Origin: Paracoccus suum
GTDB taxonomy: Bacteria; Pseudomonadota; Alphaproteobacteria; Rhodobacterales; Rhodobacteraceae
NCBI RefSeq assembly: GCF_003324675.1
Contig: NZ_CP030918.1
Location: 240,001 to 272,000 of the forward strand
Direction: 5' to 3'
DNA: 32,000 nucleotides
Shown: piece by piece, positions 18,416-26,361 of the stretch
How positions within the stretch are numbered: the first letter of the stretch is position 1
Layout: every line of letters starts with the position of its first letter
Made by a program: the position numbers and the translations under genes
Notes under the pieces: model-generated
What the model saw: only the letters and a program-made list of their open reading frames with translations
Database searches by the model: none
Told to the model about the DNA's origin: nothing

Positions 18416-18520
18416 GGTGCGACATTTTCGTCACGGCGCGACTGAAGGCATAAGGGGTTAGTTGAGGGCCGGTCAGCAATTTCACCCGCCTGACTTGGCG
18501 CAACATTTTTGTCACGCCGC
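18416..18520. repeat. imperfect 24-nt direct repeat, two copies 81 nt apart (core ACATTTT[C/T]GTCACG)
   Basis: Copy 1 is 18416-18439 (ggtgcgacattttcgtcacggcgc). Copy 2 is 18497-18520 (ggcgcaacatttttgtcacgccgc). By my manual alignment 20 of 24 positions are identical. Both copies lie in the 385-bp intergenic region. Confidence 0.6.
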
Positions 18521-18537
18521 ACGCGCGCCGCGCGTGC
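18519..18537. promoter_or_regulatory. perfect 19-nt GC-rich palindrome (9+1+9), a candidate operator or RNA hairpin
   Basis: gcacgcgcg c cgcgtgc: positions 18519-18527 pair perfectly with 18529-18537. There is no T-tract on either side, so it is not a typical intrinsic terminator. It abuts repeat copy 2. Confidence 0.5.
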
Positions 18538-18685
18538 CCGCGTTGACGCTGACTTGCGTTCCCGCACCAATGGGCGATGGACGAATCGCACCGCTGCCGT
18601 CTGTCTCGGCCATTGCGATTCCATCTGCTGCCCTGTGGTCCCGGCCTTGCTCGCCCGCGGCCCGCATGAACGAAGGACATGATTT

Positions 18686-19504
18686 ATGCGTATCGCCTCT
18701 CTGGCGCTGATGTTTGCGTTGGGCCTTGCGGCCTGCACCGATACCCCTGCCCCGACCGCCTCGACCGGCAGCACGCTGACCAGTGTGCCGCCGACCTACC
18801 AGGCGCGTACGGACGTCGGCCCCAACGGCGAGCCGGTACCGATCCCGGCCGTCAACATCGCGTACCTGACCGAGCGCAACCGCCGTCAGCAAGTGCCCTA
18901 CAACGGTCCCGAGGCACCCGGCACCATCGTCGTCGATCCCTATTCGCGCTTCCTGTACCACGTAATGGAAGGCGGTCAGGCGATGCGTTACGGCGTCGCC
19001 GTGGGCAAGGCAGGCACGGGCTTTTCCGGCTCGGCCACGATCCAGCGCAAGGCGGCCTGGCCGTCGTGGACGCCGACCGCCAACATGGTTCGCACCAACC
19101 CCGAGCTGTACGGCCCGGTCAAGAACGGCCTGAAGGGTGGCCTCGACAACCCGCTCGGCTCGCGCGCGCTGTACCTCTATAACGGCGGCAAGGACACCTA
19201 CTACCGGATCCACGGCACGATGGACCCGTCGTCCATCGGCAAGGCCACTTCGGCCGGCTGTATCCGCCTGTTCAACCAGGACATCCTTGACCTGTTCCAG
19301 CAGGTTCCGATCGGGACCGCGGTCCGCGTTCGCTCGCCCGAGGAAAGCCGCCGCTACGAAGGCGAGCTGGTCGAATCGCCCGAGGGTTACCTGACCCCGG
19401 TCGGCGGCACGGTCGTCCACAGCGCCCCGACGGGCGCGGTCGCAGGCGACGTTGCCGCGGCCACCACCCCCTCGATCGTCGAAAGCGCCGTGCCGGCCGG
19501 CTGA
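18686..19504 (+). CDS. L,D-transpeptidase (YkuD domain) lipoprotein
   Basis: 272 aa with a lipoprotein signal and lipobox (MRIASLALMFALGLAAC). The YkuD catalytic signature is YYRIHGT...ATSAGCIRLFNQD. A GAAGGA Shine-Dalgarno lies upstream. Confidence 0.88.
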   Translation: MRIASLALMFALGLAACTDTPAPTASTGSTLTSVPPTYQARTDVGPNGEPVPIPAVNIAYLTERNRRQQVPYNGPEAPGTIVVDPYSRFLYHVMEGGQAMRYGVAVGKAGTGFSGSATIQRKAAWPSWTPTANMVRTNPELYGPVKNGLKGGLDNPLGSRALYLYNGGKDTYYRIHGTMDPSSIGKATSAGCIRLFNQDILDLFQQVPIGTAVRVRSPEESRRYEGELVESPEGYLTPVGGTVVHSAPTGAVAGDVAAATTPSIVESAVPAG

Positions 19505-19532
19505 TACCGCCCCGCACGCACACAGCTCTGAA

Positions 19533-19565
19533 AGGCCCCTGCCCGTCGGCAGGGGCCTTTTTCCT
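19533..19565 (+). terminator. Rho-independent terminator after the L,D-transpeptidase gene
   Basis: An 11-bp stem, aggcccctgcc / ggcaggggcct (19533-19543 / 19548-19558), with a 4-nt loop, followed by TTTTTCC. Confidence 0.8.
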
Positions 19566-19667
19566 GCCAAGAAGCAGGTCACGCAGGCTCGCAGAAGCGC
19601 GTTGCGAGTCAGAGGTTTACGTGCGAAACTCGCGCTCGCCGCCTCGCGCATCCGGAGGGACGTCCAC

Positions 19668-20564
19668 ATGCCAAATCACGCGCAGGCCGAGGCCGCGGCC
19701 TTGGACAGCACCACGCTCGCCCTGACGCGCAGCACGCGACGGCCGGGGATCAACGACCTTTCGGACAGCAAGCTGGCCGATGCCATCGCCCAACTGGACA
19801 GCCTGGTGAAATCCGGGACCCATGGCCCTGCCTCCAGCTACCTGCGCTCGGCCCTGCGCCGCGCGCATGAGGAGCGGCGCCGCCGCGCCGCAGGCATAAA
19901 CAAGCCCTCTCGGGCCGTAAAACCGGGGGCTGCCGCCAAGGCCGCCTCGGCGCGGCACAACGTCAGCGCTGCGCCTGCCGCCGCTGCGCCATCATCGCGC
20001 GCCGCCGCAGCCACCCGCCGGCGCAAGGCGTCCGCCGCGATCCCGCTGACCCCGCAACATGATCGCGTCTCGGCTGAGGACGGCCCGACGCCCAAGCCGG
20101 TACGCCAGCGCAAGGGCGACGCCGCCACCGCGCCGCAACCGGCCAAGGCCGCGAAGACCCGCCCCGCAGCCGTGGCCCGCACCCGCACCGCAACGCGGGG
20201 CGCGGCCGCCACCGGTGCCAAGCGGACCGCGGCCGACCGCCGCACCGGCGCCAAGCCTGTGCCGCGCAAGCCGGCGGCAGCTTCGGCGTCCGCCTCCGTC
20301 GCGGTGCCGGCCGCACGTGTGTCGGAGCCCGTGGCCGAGTCGGTGATATCCGCCAGCCCCGAGGTCAAAGCCGCCGGCAAAAAGGCGAAAAAGGACGCGG
20401 CTGCCACCAAGGTGAAGGCCGACAAGAAGTCCAAAAAGGACGCCAAGGCCAAGGTGGCTGATGCCGACAAGAAGGCCAAGTCGGACAAGAAGACCAAGTC
20501 CAAGTCCGACAAGAAGGTTAAGGCGAAGGCCAGCGCCAAGAAGGGCAAGAAGGCCAAGGCCTGA
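19668..20564 (+). CDS. highly basic Ala/Lys/Arg/Pro-rich low-complexity protein with a histone-H1-like Lys-rich C-terminus (function unknown)
   Basis: ORF 19452..20564 trimmed to the ATG at 19668. The upstream part overlaps ldt and contains its terminator. A GGAGGGA Shine-Dalgarno lies 7 nt upstream. The product is 298 aa: about 75 aa of ordinary composition at the N-terminus, then A/R/P/T-rich sequence, ending in KKAKKDAAATKVKADKKSKKDAKAKVADADKKAKSDKKTKSKSDKKVKAKASAKKGKKAKA. Confidence 0.65.
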   Translation: MPNHAQAEAAALDSTTLALTRSTRRPGINDLSDSKLADAIAQLDSLVKSGTHGPASSYLRSALRRAHEERRRRAAGINKPSRAVKPGAAAKAASARHNVSAAPAAAAPSSRAAAATRRRKASAAIPLTPQHDRVSAEDGPTPKPVRQRKGDAATAPQPAKAAKTRPAAVARTRTATRGAAATGAKRTAADRRTGAKPVPRKPAAASASASVAVPAARVSEPVAESVISASPEVKAAGKKAKKDAAATKVKADKKSKKDAKAKVADADKKAKSDKKTKSKSDKKVKAKASAKKGKKAKA

Positions 20565-20624
20565 TCCGCATTCCACCGGCGCGTGGGGTTTGATAACTTC
20601 GCCCCAACCCGCGCCGGAGACGTG

Positions 20625-21563
20625 ATGACCTATCCTGCCCTGACCGCCCTTGCTCTGGCCGCCCTGATCGGTGCGCCCGCCTTGGCGCGCCCTGCCGATG
20701 ACGCGGTCACGGGCGCCTTGCCGGTGGTCGTCCCGGCCAATGCCACCGACACGCCCGCACGGCGCTGCACGGCGGATGGCCGCATCTGCATCACGGCCGA
20801 GAGCTATGTCCCCGACGTCTGCGCCGCCATCGAACTCGCTGCGGGCGACGTGAACCTCGATCCGCATTTCTTTGCCCGGCTGCTCTGGAAGGAAAGCCTG
20901 TTCGAGCCGTCGGCGATCAGCCCCGCCGGCGCCCAAGGCATCGCGCAGTTCATGCCGGAGACCGCGCGCATCGTCGGCCTCGACGATCCTTACAACCCGG
21001 CCAAGGCCATCGTCGCCTCGGCGCGCTACCTGCGCCAGCTCAGCGACGGGTTCGGCAACCTCGGGCTGGCGGCAGTCGCCTACAACGGCGGCGAGTCGCG
21101 GGCCGCTCGGTTCATCGCCGGGGGAACCGTCCTGCCATGGGAGACGCAGGATTATGTCGAGGCGATCACCGGCGAGAATGCCTGGAAATGGCGTGACGAG
21201 CCGCCTGAGAAGGTCGACCTGCGCCTGAAGGGCGATACCCCGTTCCACGACGCCTGCGTCAGCCTTGCGGCCAAGCGCGCGCTGAAAGAGTTCAAGACGC
21301 CCGAGCGTGTCTGGCCCTGGGGCGTGATCCTGGCCTCGCACCCACGCCAGTCGGGGGCGGCCTCGCAGGTGAATCGGCTGAACCGCCAGCTGCGCCCGCT
21401 GTTGGCTGGAAAGCGCGTCGCCTATGTCCGCAAGCGGATCAGCGGCATGCCCAAGACGATATATACCGCGCAGGTCGGCTACAGTTCGAAAACCGAGGCC
21501 TTCACCTTTTGCTCGCGGCTGCGGGCGGCGGGTGGCAAATGCCTGGTGCTGAAGAACCGCTGA
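20625..21563 (+). CDS. lytic transglycosylase (SLT domain) fused to a C-terminal SPOR-like peptidoglycan-binding domain
   Basis: ORF 20583..21563 trimmed to the ATG at 20625 (signal peptide MTYPALTALALAALIGAPALA, GGAGA upstream). The SLT motifs are LLWKESLFEPSAIS, AQGIAQFMPETA and AVAYNGGESR. The C-terminal ~80 aa (WGVILASHPRQSGAASQVNRL...YTAQVGYSSKTEAFTFCSRLRAAGGKCLVLKN) look SPOR-like. Confidence 0.8.
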   Translation: MTYPALTALALAALIGAPALARPADDAVTGALPVVVPANATDTPARRCTADGRICITAESYVPDVCAAIELAAGDVNLDPHFFARLLWKESLFEPSAISPAGAQGIAQFMPETARIVGLDDPYNPAKAIVASARYLRQLSDGFGNLGLAAVAYNGGESRAARFIAGGTVLPWETQDYVEAITGENAWKWRDEPPEKVDLRLKGDTPFHDACVSLAAKRALKEFKTPERVWPWGVILASHPRQSGAASQVNRLNRQLRPLLAGKRVAYVRKRISGMPKTIYTAQVGYSSKTEAFTFCSRLRAAGGKCLVLKNR

Positions 21564-21575
21564 CGTCGTGAGATG

Positions 21576-21617
21576 AAAAAGGCCGGGCCTGCGATTGCAG
21601 GGCCGGCCTTCGATTTT
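21576..21617. terminator. bidirectional intrinsic terminator between convergent genes
   Basis: The stem 21579-21592 / 21597-21610 (aaggccgggcctgc / gcagggccggcctt) is 14 bp with one mismatch and a 4-nt loop. It is flanked by AAAAA upstream (TTTTT on the minus strand, directly downstream of the SBP gene) and by cgATTTT downstream. Confidence 0.75.
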
Positions 21618-21633
21618 GCGGCAGTCGGCGCGA

Positions 21634-23124
21634 TCACATCTTCCAGTGGACCTTGGTCAGGTCGTTCGACTGGTTCGGCGCATTCTGCCACAGCCCTTCC
21701 AGACGGGCATCGGCGACGCTGGTCTTGGCCAGCTGGAACAGGAAGGCATTGACGTAGTCGTCAGCCAGCATCTGTTGCGCCTGCTTCAGCAGGGCGCTGC
21801 GCTGCGCCGGGTCGATGGCGCCTTTCAATTGGTCCATCAACTCGACAAAGGCCGGCTTCGCGTAGTGAAAGTAATAGTCCGGACGGGCGTAGATATCGAT
21901 ATCCATCGGCTCGGTATGGCTGATGACGGTCAGGTCAAAGTCGCCCCCCTTGAACACCGTTTCCAGCCACTGCGCCCATTCCATGTTGGTCACCTCAGTG
22001 GTGATCCCCACGGCTTTCAGCTGGGCGGCGATGATTTCGCCCCCGCGACGGGCATAGGGCGGCGGCGGCAGCGCCAGGCGCAGCTTCAACTCAGGCGAGC
22101 CCGCCTCGGCCAGCAGCGTCTTGGATTTTTCGGGGTCATAGGCCGACTGCGCGGTCAGATCGACGTAATCGGGGTTGTGCGGCGCGAAATGGCTGCCGAT
22201 GGGCGTGCCCTGGCCGAACATGGCGCCGTCAATGATTTCCTGTCGGTTGATGGCGTGGGCGATGGCCTCGCGCACCTTGATGTTATCCAGCGGCGGGTTG
22301 GCGTTGTTCATCGCCAGGATTGTCTCGCCCTCGGTCGTGCCGACCACGACCTTGAAACGTGGATCGGCCTGCAGCTGCGGCAGGGTTTCCGGCGCCGGGT
22401 AGTTCGGGAACGCGTCCACGTCGCCTGCCATGAGCGCGGCAAAGGCAGCGCTGGGATCGCTGATGAAGCGGAAAGTCGCGCTTTTCAGGGCCGGCTTCTC
22501 ACCCCAGTAGCCGTCGAACGCCTTCAGCGTGACGTGATCGCCCTGCTTCCATTCACCGAGGGCGAAAGGCCCGGTGCCGACCGGCTTGGTCGCCAGGTCC
22601 TTGGCCGAGGCGGGATCCACGATGACCGCATCCCCCCAGGCCATCTTCCACGGGAAGGCCCCGTCCGGCGCCTTCAGCACCACCCGCACCAGATCGGGGG
22701 AAACGGCCTCGACCGTGTCGATCCCCTCGAACAACGCCTTCTGGGCGTTGGTCGAATCCGGCGCCCGCGCGCGATCGAGCGTAAAGACCACGTCGGAGGC
22801 GTCGAAATCGGCGCCGTCCTGGAACTTCACCCCTGTGCGCAGGTGAAAGTCATATTGCTTGCCGTCCTGCGCGACGTCCCAGCTGGCGGCGAGGCCGGGG
22901 ACCACGCTGCCATCCTCGGCGATGCGGGTCAGACCCTCGAAGACGTTGGCATAGACGATTTCGTCCACGGCCGCGGCGGCGCCGGTGGTGGGGTCGAGGT
23001 TTGGCGGCTCCAGCACCATGCCGAGGGTCAGGCTGTCGGGCGGCGCTGCCGTCGCCGGGACGGCGGCCGCAGCAGCGGCCAGGGCCGCACCGAGGGCGAG
23101 GGTCAAGGTGAGGGATCGGGACAT
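21634..23124 (-). CDS. ABC transporter substrate-binding protein, family 5 (peptide/nickel/opine type)
   Basis: 496 aa with a signal peptide (MSRSLTLTLALGAALAAAAAAVPATA). It has family-5 SBP features (LTLGMVLEPPNLDP, VKFQDG, a domain organisation of about 500 aa). It has its own terminator. Confidence 0.88.
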   Translation of the reverse strand: MSRSLTLTLALGAALAAAAAAVPATAAPPDSLTLGMVLEPPNLDPTTGAAAAVDEIVYANVFEGLTRIAEDGSVVPGLAASWDVAQDGKQYDFHLRTGVKFQDGADFDASDVVFTLDRARAPDSTNAQKALFEGIDTVEAVSPDLVRVVLKAPDGAFPWKMAWGDAVIVDPASAKDLATKPVGTGPFALGEWKQGDHVTLKAFDGYWGEKPALKSATFRFISDPSAAFAALMAGDVDAFPNYPAPETLPQLQADPRFKVVVGTTEGETILAMNNANPPLDNIKVREAIAHAINRQEIIDGAMFGQGTPIGSHFAPHNPDYVDLTAQSAYDPEKSKTLLAEAGSPELKLRLALPPPPYARRGGEIIAAQLKAVGITTEVTNMEWAQWLETVFKGGDFDLTVISHTEPMDIDIYARPDYYFHYAKPAFVELMDQLKGAIDPAQRSALLKQAQQMLADDYVNAFLFQLAKTSVADARLEGLWQNAPNQSNDLTKVHWKM

Positions 23125-23236
23125 TCAGCCTCCACGGATTGCCGAAAACCGGCCGGCGCGATCATGGAAGCGGCGGGCCCGTCGATCAAGCCCGCTGTTT
23201 TGCAAAGGGGATGTTGGTCGCAGGCCGCCGTCGCGC

Positions 23237-23956
23237 CTAGTCAGTCCGACCGCCGGGATCCGTGGCGTGGCGCGGCAGCAATTGCTGTGCGGCGCCCGCG
23301 AACATGAGCCAGGCCGAGGTGACAACCAGTCCCCACAGCGCCCAGCTTTGCGGGTGGAACCGCACGGCCACCGCCCAGATCGCGAACAGCACCCAAGCCG
23401 CCGCCATCGGCAACGAGATCGCCCGCCAGCGCGCGGTGCGCACGGGATGGATGAATTTCATGTTGGTGAACATGGCGATGGTCAGGCCGACGACGATGAC
23501 CAGGATCAGCCAGAAGTTCGGCTTGATCGCGAACAGCACCAGCACAACCATGTTCCAGCAGGCCGGAAAGCCGGCAAAGCTGTTGTCGCGGGTCTTCATC
23601 CGCGTGTCGGCAAAATAGATCACGCTGCCATAGACGATGGCGATGATCGCCAGCCAGCCGGTCCAGCCGGGCAAAAGCCCGCTCTTGAACAGGGCGTAGG
23701 CCGGGATGAACACATAGGTCAGATAATCGATGATCAGGTCCATCAGGACGCCGTCATAGGTCGGCCAGTTCCGACGTACATCGAAACGCCGGGCCAGTGG
23801 GCCGTCAACGCCGTCGACCACCAGTGCGATCACCAGCCAAAAGAACATCAGAGACCAGCGTTCTTCGACCGCGGCGAGCATCGCCAGCATGGACAGCACT
23901 GCGCCGCTGGCGGTCAGAAGATGGACGGAAAGTGCATTGAGGTTCGATCTCTGCAT
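23237..23956 (-). CDS. pcs: phosphatidylcholine synthase (CDP-alcohol phosphatidyltransferase family)
   Basis: ORF 23237..24547 trimmed. The 239-aa core is collinear with Sinorhizobium meliloti Pcs (from recall): SVHLLTASG, the CDP-alcohol motif DGVDGPLARRF...GVLMDLIIDYLTY, FAGFPACWNMVV and FIHPVR. The start is uncertain: in-frame ATGs at 23956, 23983 and 24013 are all possible. Confidence 0.85.
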   Translation of the reverse strand: MQRSNLNALSVHLLTASGAVLSMLAMLAAVEERWSLMFFWLVIALVVDGVDGPLARRFDVRRNWPTYDGVLMDLIIDYLTYVFIPAYALFKSGLLPGWTGWLAIIAIVYGSVIYFADTRMKTRDNSFAGFPACWNMVVLVLFAIKPNFWLILVIVVGLTIAMFTNMKFIHPVRTARWRAISLPMAAAWVLFAIWAVAVRFHPQSWALWGLVVTSAWLMFAGAAQQLLPRHATDPGGRTD

Positions 23957-24048
23957 CGCCGGCTTTTCGCATGCGCCGCACATCGGCGCAACGGCGGCCT
24001 GCGTTAGCGTCATGTCAAAGATGAAGGTTGCGTGACAGGTGCCCCGCC

Positions 24049-24990
24049 TCAGGCCCGGGGGTGGGCGGCACGGAATGCCTCCAGCAAGCGGGCGTCGTCG
24101 ACGCCGGTATAGATCTGGGTCGTCGACAGGCGCGCATGACCCAGCAACTCCTGGATCGCACGCAGATCGCCGCCGCCGGCCAGCAGATGGGTCGCAAAAC
24201 TGTGCCGCAGGGCGTGGGGCGTGGCAGTCTGCGGTAAGCCAAGCGCGGCGCGACCACGGGCCATCACCGCCCCGACCGTCTGCTGGTTCAGACGCCCGCC
24301 GCGCAGGCCGCGGAACAGCGGTCCATCTGCCTCGGACCGCCACGGACATTGCGCGAGGTAAGCGGCGACCGCCGCCTCGGCCACCGGCAGGACCGGCACG
24401 ATCCGCTCGCGGCCGCCCTTTCCGCGGATGCGCAGCCCCCCGCCCTGTGGCGGCCAGTCGCGCCCGTCCAGCCCCAAGGCCTCGGAGATTCGCAGGCCGC
24501 AGCCGTAAAGCAACGTCAGCACGGCGGTATCGCGGGCAGCGATCCACGGCGTGTCATGATCGGCTGCGGCCATATCGATCACCGCACGCGCGTCCTCCGC
24601 CGCGAGCGGGCGCGGCAGACTGCGCGCCGCACGCGGGCCGCGCACCGCCAGCGCAGGCGAGGCGTCAAACCCCTCGCGGTCCGAGATCCAGCGCAGGAAA
24701 CTGCGCACCGCCGACAAGCGCCGCGCCAGCGATCGCGCGCCGAGGCCGCCCGACCGCTCGGCCGCTGCAAAGGCGCGCATGTCGCTGTGGCCCAGACCGG
24801 CCAGCCTGGCCGGCAGCGCCGGCGCGCCCTGATGGCCGCCGAGGAACTGCAAAAACGCCAGTAGATCGGTCTGGTAAGCACGGATCGTCTGGGGCGAGCG
24901 GTCGCGGCTGCCCTGCTGCACCGCCAGCCACTGCGCCAGCGCCTCGGCCATTGCCGGGGCAAGCGCCAGTGGTGGTGGCGGCTTGGTCAT
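24049..24990 (-). CDS. xerC: tyrosine site-specific recombinase XerC (chromosome dimer resolution)
   Basis: 313 aa with an N-terminal SAM-like domain (TIRAYQTDLLAFLQFL). The catalytic residues sit in GLRISEAL, HALRHSFATHLL and LLGHARLSTTQIYTGV. It is preceded by a DUF484 gene with a 4-nt overlap, the conserved yigA-xerC arrangement. Confidence 0.88.
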   Translation of the reverse strand: MTKPPPPLALAPAMAEALAQWLAVQQGSRDRSPQTIRAYQTDLLAFLQFLGGHQGAPALPARLAGLGHSDMRAFAAAERSGGLGARSLARRLSAVRSFLRWISDREGFDASPALAVRGPRAARSLPRPLAAEDARAVIDMAAADHDTPWIAARDTAVLTLLYGCGLRISEALGLDGRDWPPQGGGLRIRGKGGRERIVPVLPVAEAAVAAYLAQCPWRSEADGPLFRGLRGGRLNQQTVGAVMARGRAALGLPQTATPHALRHSFATHLLAGGGDLRAIQELLGHARLSTTQIYTGVDDARLLEAFRAAHPRA

Positions 24991-25700
24991 TCGCGCAGCC
25001 AGCCGATCAGCACCAGCCGGAACACCTGCGAAAAGAACCGCAGCAGGTCGGTGCCCTGGGTCGGGGTGAAGCGCGCCGGATCGTTCGACCCCATCAGCAG
25101 CAGCGCCGGCCAGCGGCCCGCGCCCAGATCCAGCGGCAACAGAGCCTCGGACCGGATTGCGCCGGCCGCGGTCCCATGGGTCAGCGCAGTCTCGGCCGAA
25201 GCGCGGCGCAGGATGATGTCATTGCCGCGCGGAGCCCGGCGCCCCGCGGCGATCATGCGGGCCACGGTCCCGGTCTGGACCATCGCCAGCGCGCCACTCT
25301 CGCCGGCCGGCGGCGCCTGAACCGCGTCGCTTTCCATCACTAGGCGCAGCGTCTCGACGCGCAGGATCGGCGCGACGGTGGTGTTCAGATTTTCCAGAAA
25401 ACTGGTGAAATCATCGGGTTCCAGCAGCGAGACCACCGCGCGATGGATGGTCTGCATCCCCGCCTGGTTGTCATAGGCGGCGGCGATGACGTTCTCATGC
25501 GCGGATTCAAGGCGCGTCAGCCGCGCCTCCAGCGCCTCCATGGCGCGGCCGCGGATGTCGATGACATTCGCGCCGGCCTCGGCCTCGCGCGCGCCGATCA
25601 GCGCGCGCATAAGGTCGCGATCCCCCAGGATCAGGTCCGGCGCCGCCAGCAGCCGGGCCCGCACGGCCTCGTCGATACCCGCCTCGTCAGCCCCCGACAC
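24987..25700 (-). CDS. DUF484-family protein (YigA-like, GAF-like fold)
   Basis: 237 aa with an N-terminal coiled segment (NVIDIRGRAMEALEARLTRLESAHENVIAAAYDN) typical of DUF484. Its position immediately upstream of xerC supports the call. Confidence 0.7.
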   Translation of the reverse strand: MSGADEAGIDEAVRARLLAAPDLILGDRDLMRALIGAREAEAGANVIDIRGRAMEALEARLTRLESAHENVIAAAYDNQAGMQTIHRAVVSLLEPDDFTSFLENLNTTVAPILRVETLRLVMESDAVQAPPAGESGALAMVQTGTVARMIAAGRRAPRGNDIILRRASAETALTHGTAAGAIRSEALLPLDLGAGRWPALLLMGSNDPARFTPTQGTDLLRFFSQVFRLVLIGWLRE

Positions 25701-25704
25701 GGCG

Positions 25705-26361
25705 TCAGCCCAAGATCTTCTGGCCGGTCTTGGCCCAATCGGCGTCGAACGCGGCCAAACCCTTGTCGGTCAGCACATGGTTCGCCATCGCCTTGATGAC
25801 CGCCGGCGGCGCGGTGATCACGTCGGCGCCGATCTTGGCGCATTCGGTGATATGGTTCACCGAGCGGATCGAAGCGGCGAGGATGTTCGTCTCGTAGCCG
25901 TAGTTGTCATAGATCTGGCGGATGTCGGCGATCAGTTGCAGCCCGTCCAGATTGATGTCGTCCAGCCGGCCGATGAAGGGCGAGATAAAGGTCGCGCCCG
26001 CCTTGGCCGCCAGCAGCGCCTGCGCAGGCGAAAAGCACAGCGTCACGTTGACCATGTGGCCGTCGTCGGACAGTGCCTTGCAGGCCTTTAATCCCTCCCA
26101 GGTCAGTGGCACCTTGACCGCGATATTGGGCGCAATGGCTGCCAGGTGTTTGCCCTCGGCAATCATGTCCTTCGCGTTGTCGGCCACCACCTCGGCGCTG
26201 ACCGGGCCCTCGACCAGATCGCAGATCTCTTTGGTGACCTCGAGGATGCTGCGCCCCGACTTGGCGATCAGCGAGGGGTTGGTCGTCACGCCATCGACGA
26301 CGCCCAGGGCGTGCAGTTCCTTGATGGCGTCGATATCGGCGGTGTCGACGAAAAAGCGCAT
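25705..26361 (-). CDS. tal: short-type transaldolase / fructose-6-phosphate aldolase family (class 3B)
   Basis: 218 aa with [23 protein letters not shown], the Schiff-base Lys in IAVKVPLT, and [10 protein letters not shown]. Confidence 0.9.
   Translation of the reverse strand: MRFFVDTADIDAIKELHALGVVDGVTTNPSLIAKSGRSILEVTKEICDLVEGPVSAEVVADNAKDMIAEGKHLAAIAPNIAVKVPLTWEGLKACKALSDDGHMVNVTLCFSPAQALLAAKAGATFISPFIGRLDDINLDGLQLIADIRQIYDNYGYETNILAASIRSVNHITECAKIGADVITAPPAVIKAMANHVLTDKGLAAFDADWAKTGQKILG

Noticed and set aside
18401-18416. A sigma-54-like TGGCAC at 18401-18406, and TGGCGC at 18496-18501.
   Set aside because: Neither has the required GC of the -12 element (TTGC) at GG-N10-GC spacing. The downstream bases are cg and tt respectively.
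23169-23201. A plus-strand terminator-like hairpin (cggcgggc...gcccgctg followed by TTTT) between the SBP start and the pcs stop.
   Set aside because: There is no plus-strand gene upstream to terminate. The loop is long (11 nt) and part of the T-run is needed for the stem. On the minus strand it is not followed by a T-tract. It is more likely incidental structure in the SBP leader.
24049-24990. The tyrosine recombinase as a marker of an integrated mobile element or genomic island.
   Set aside because: It has XerC-type motifs and the conserved DUF484(yigA)-xerC pairing. It is flanked by core genes (pcs, tal, priA), with no tRNA target, att-like repeats or cargo genes. It is the housekeeping dimer-resolution recombinase.
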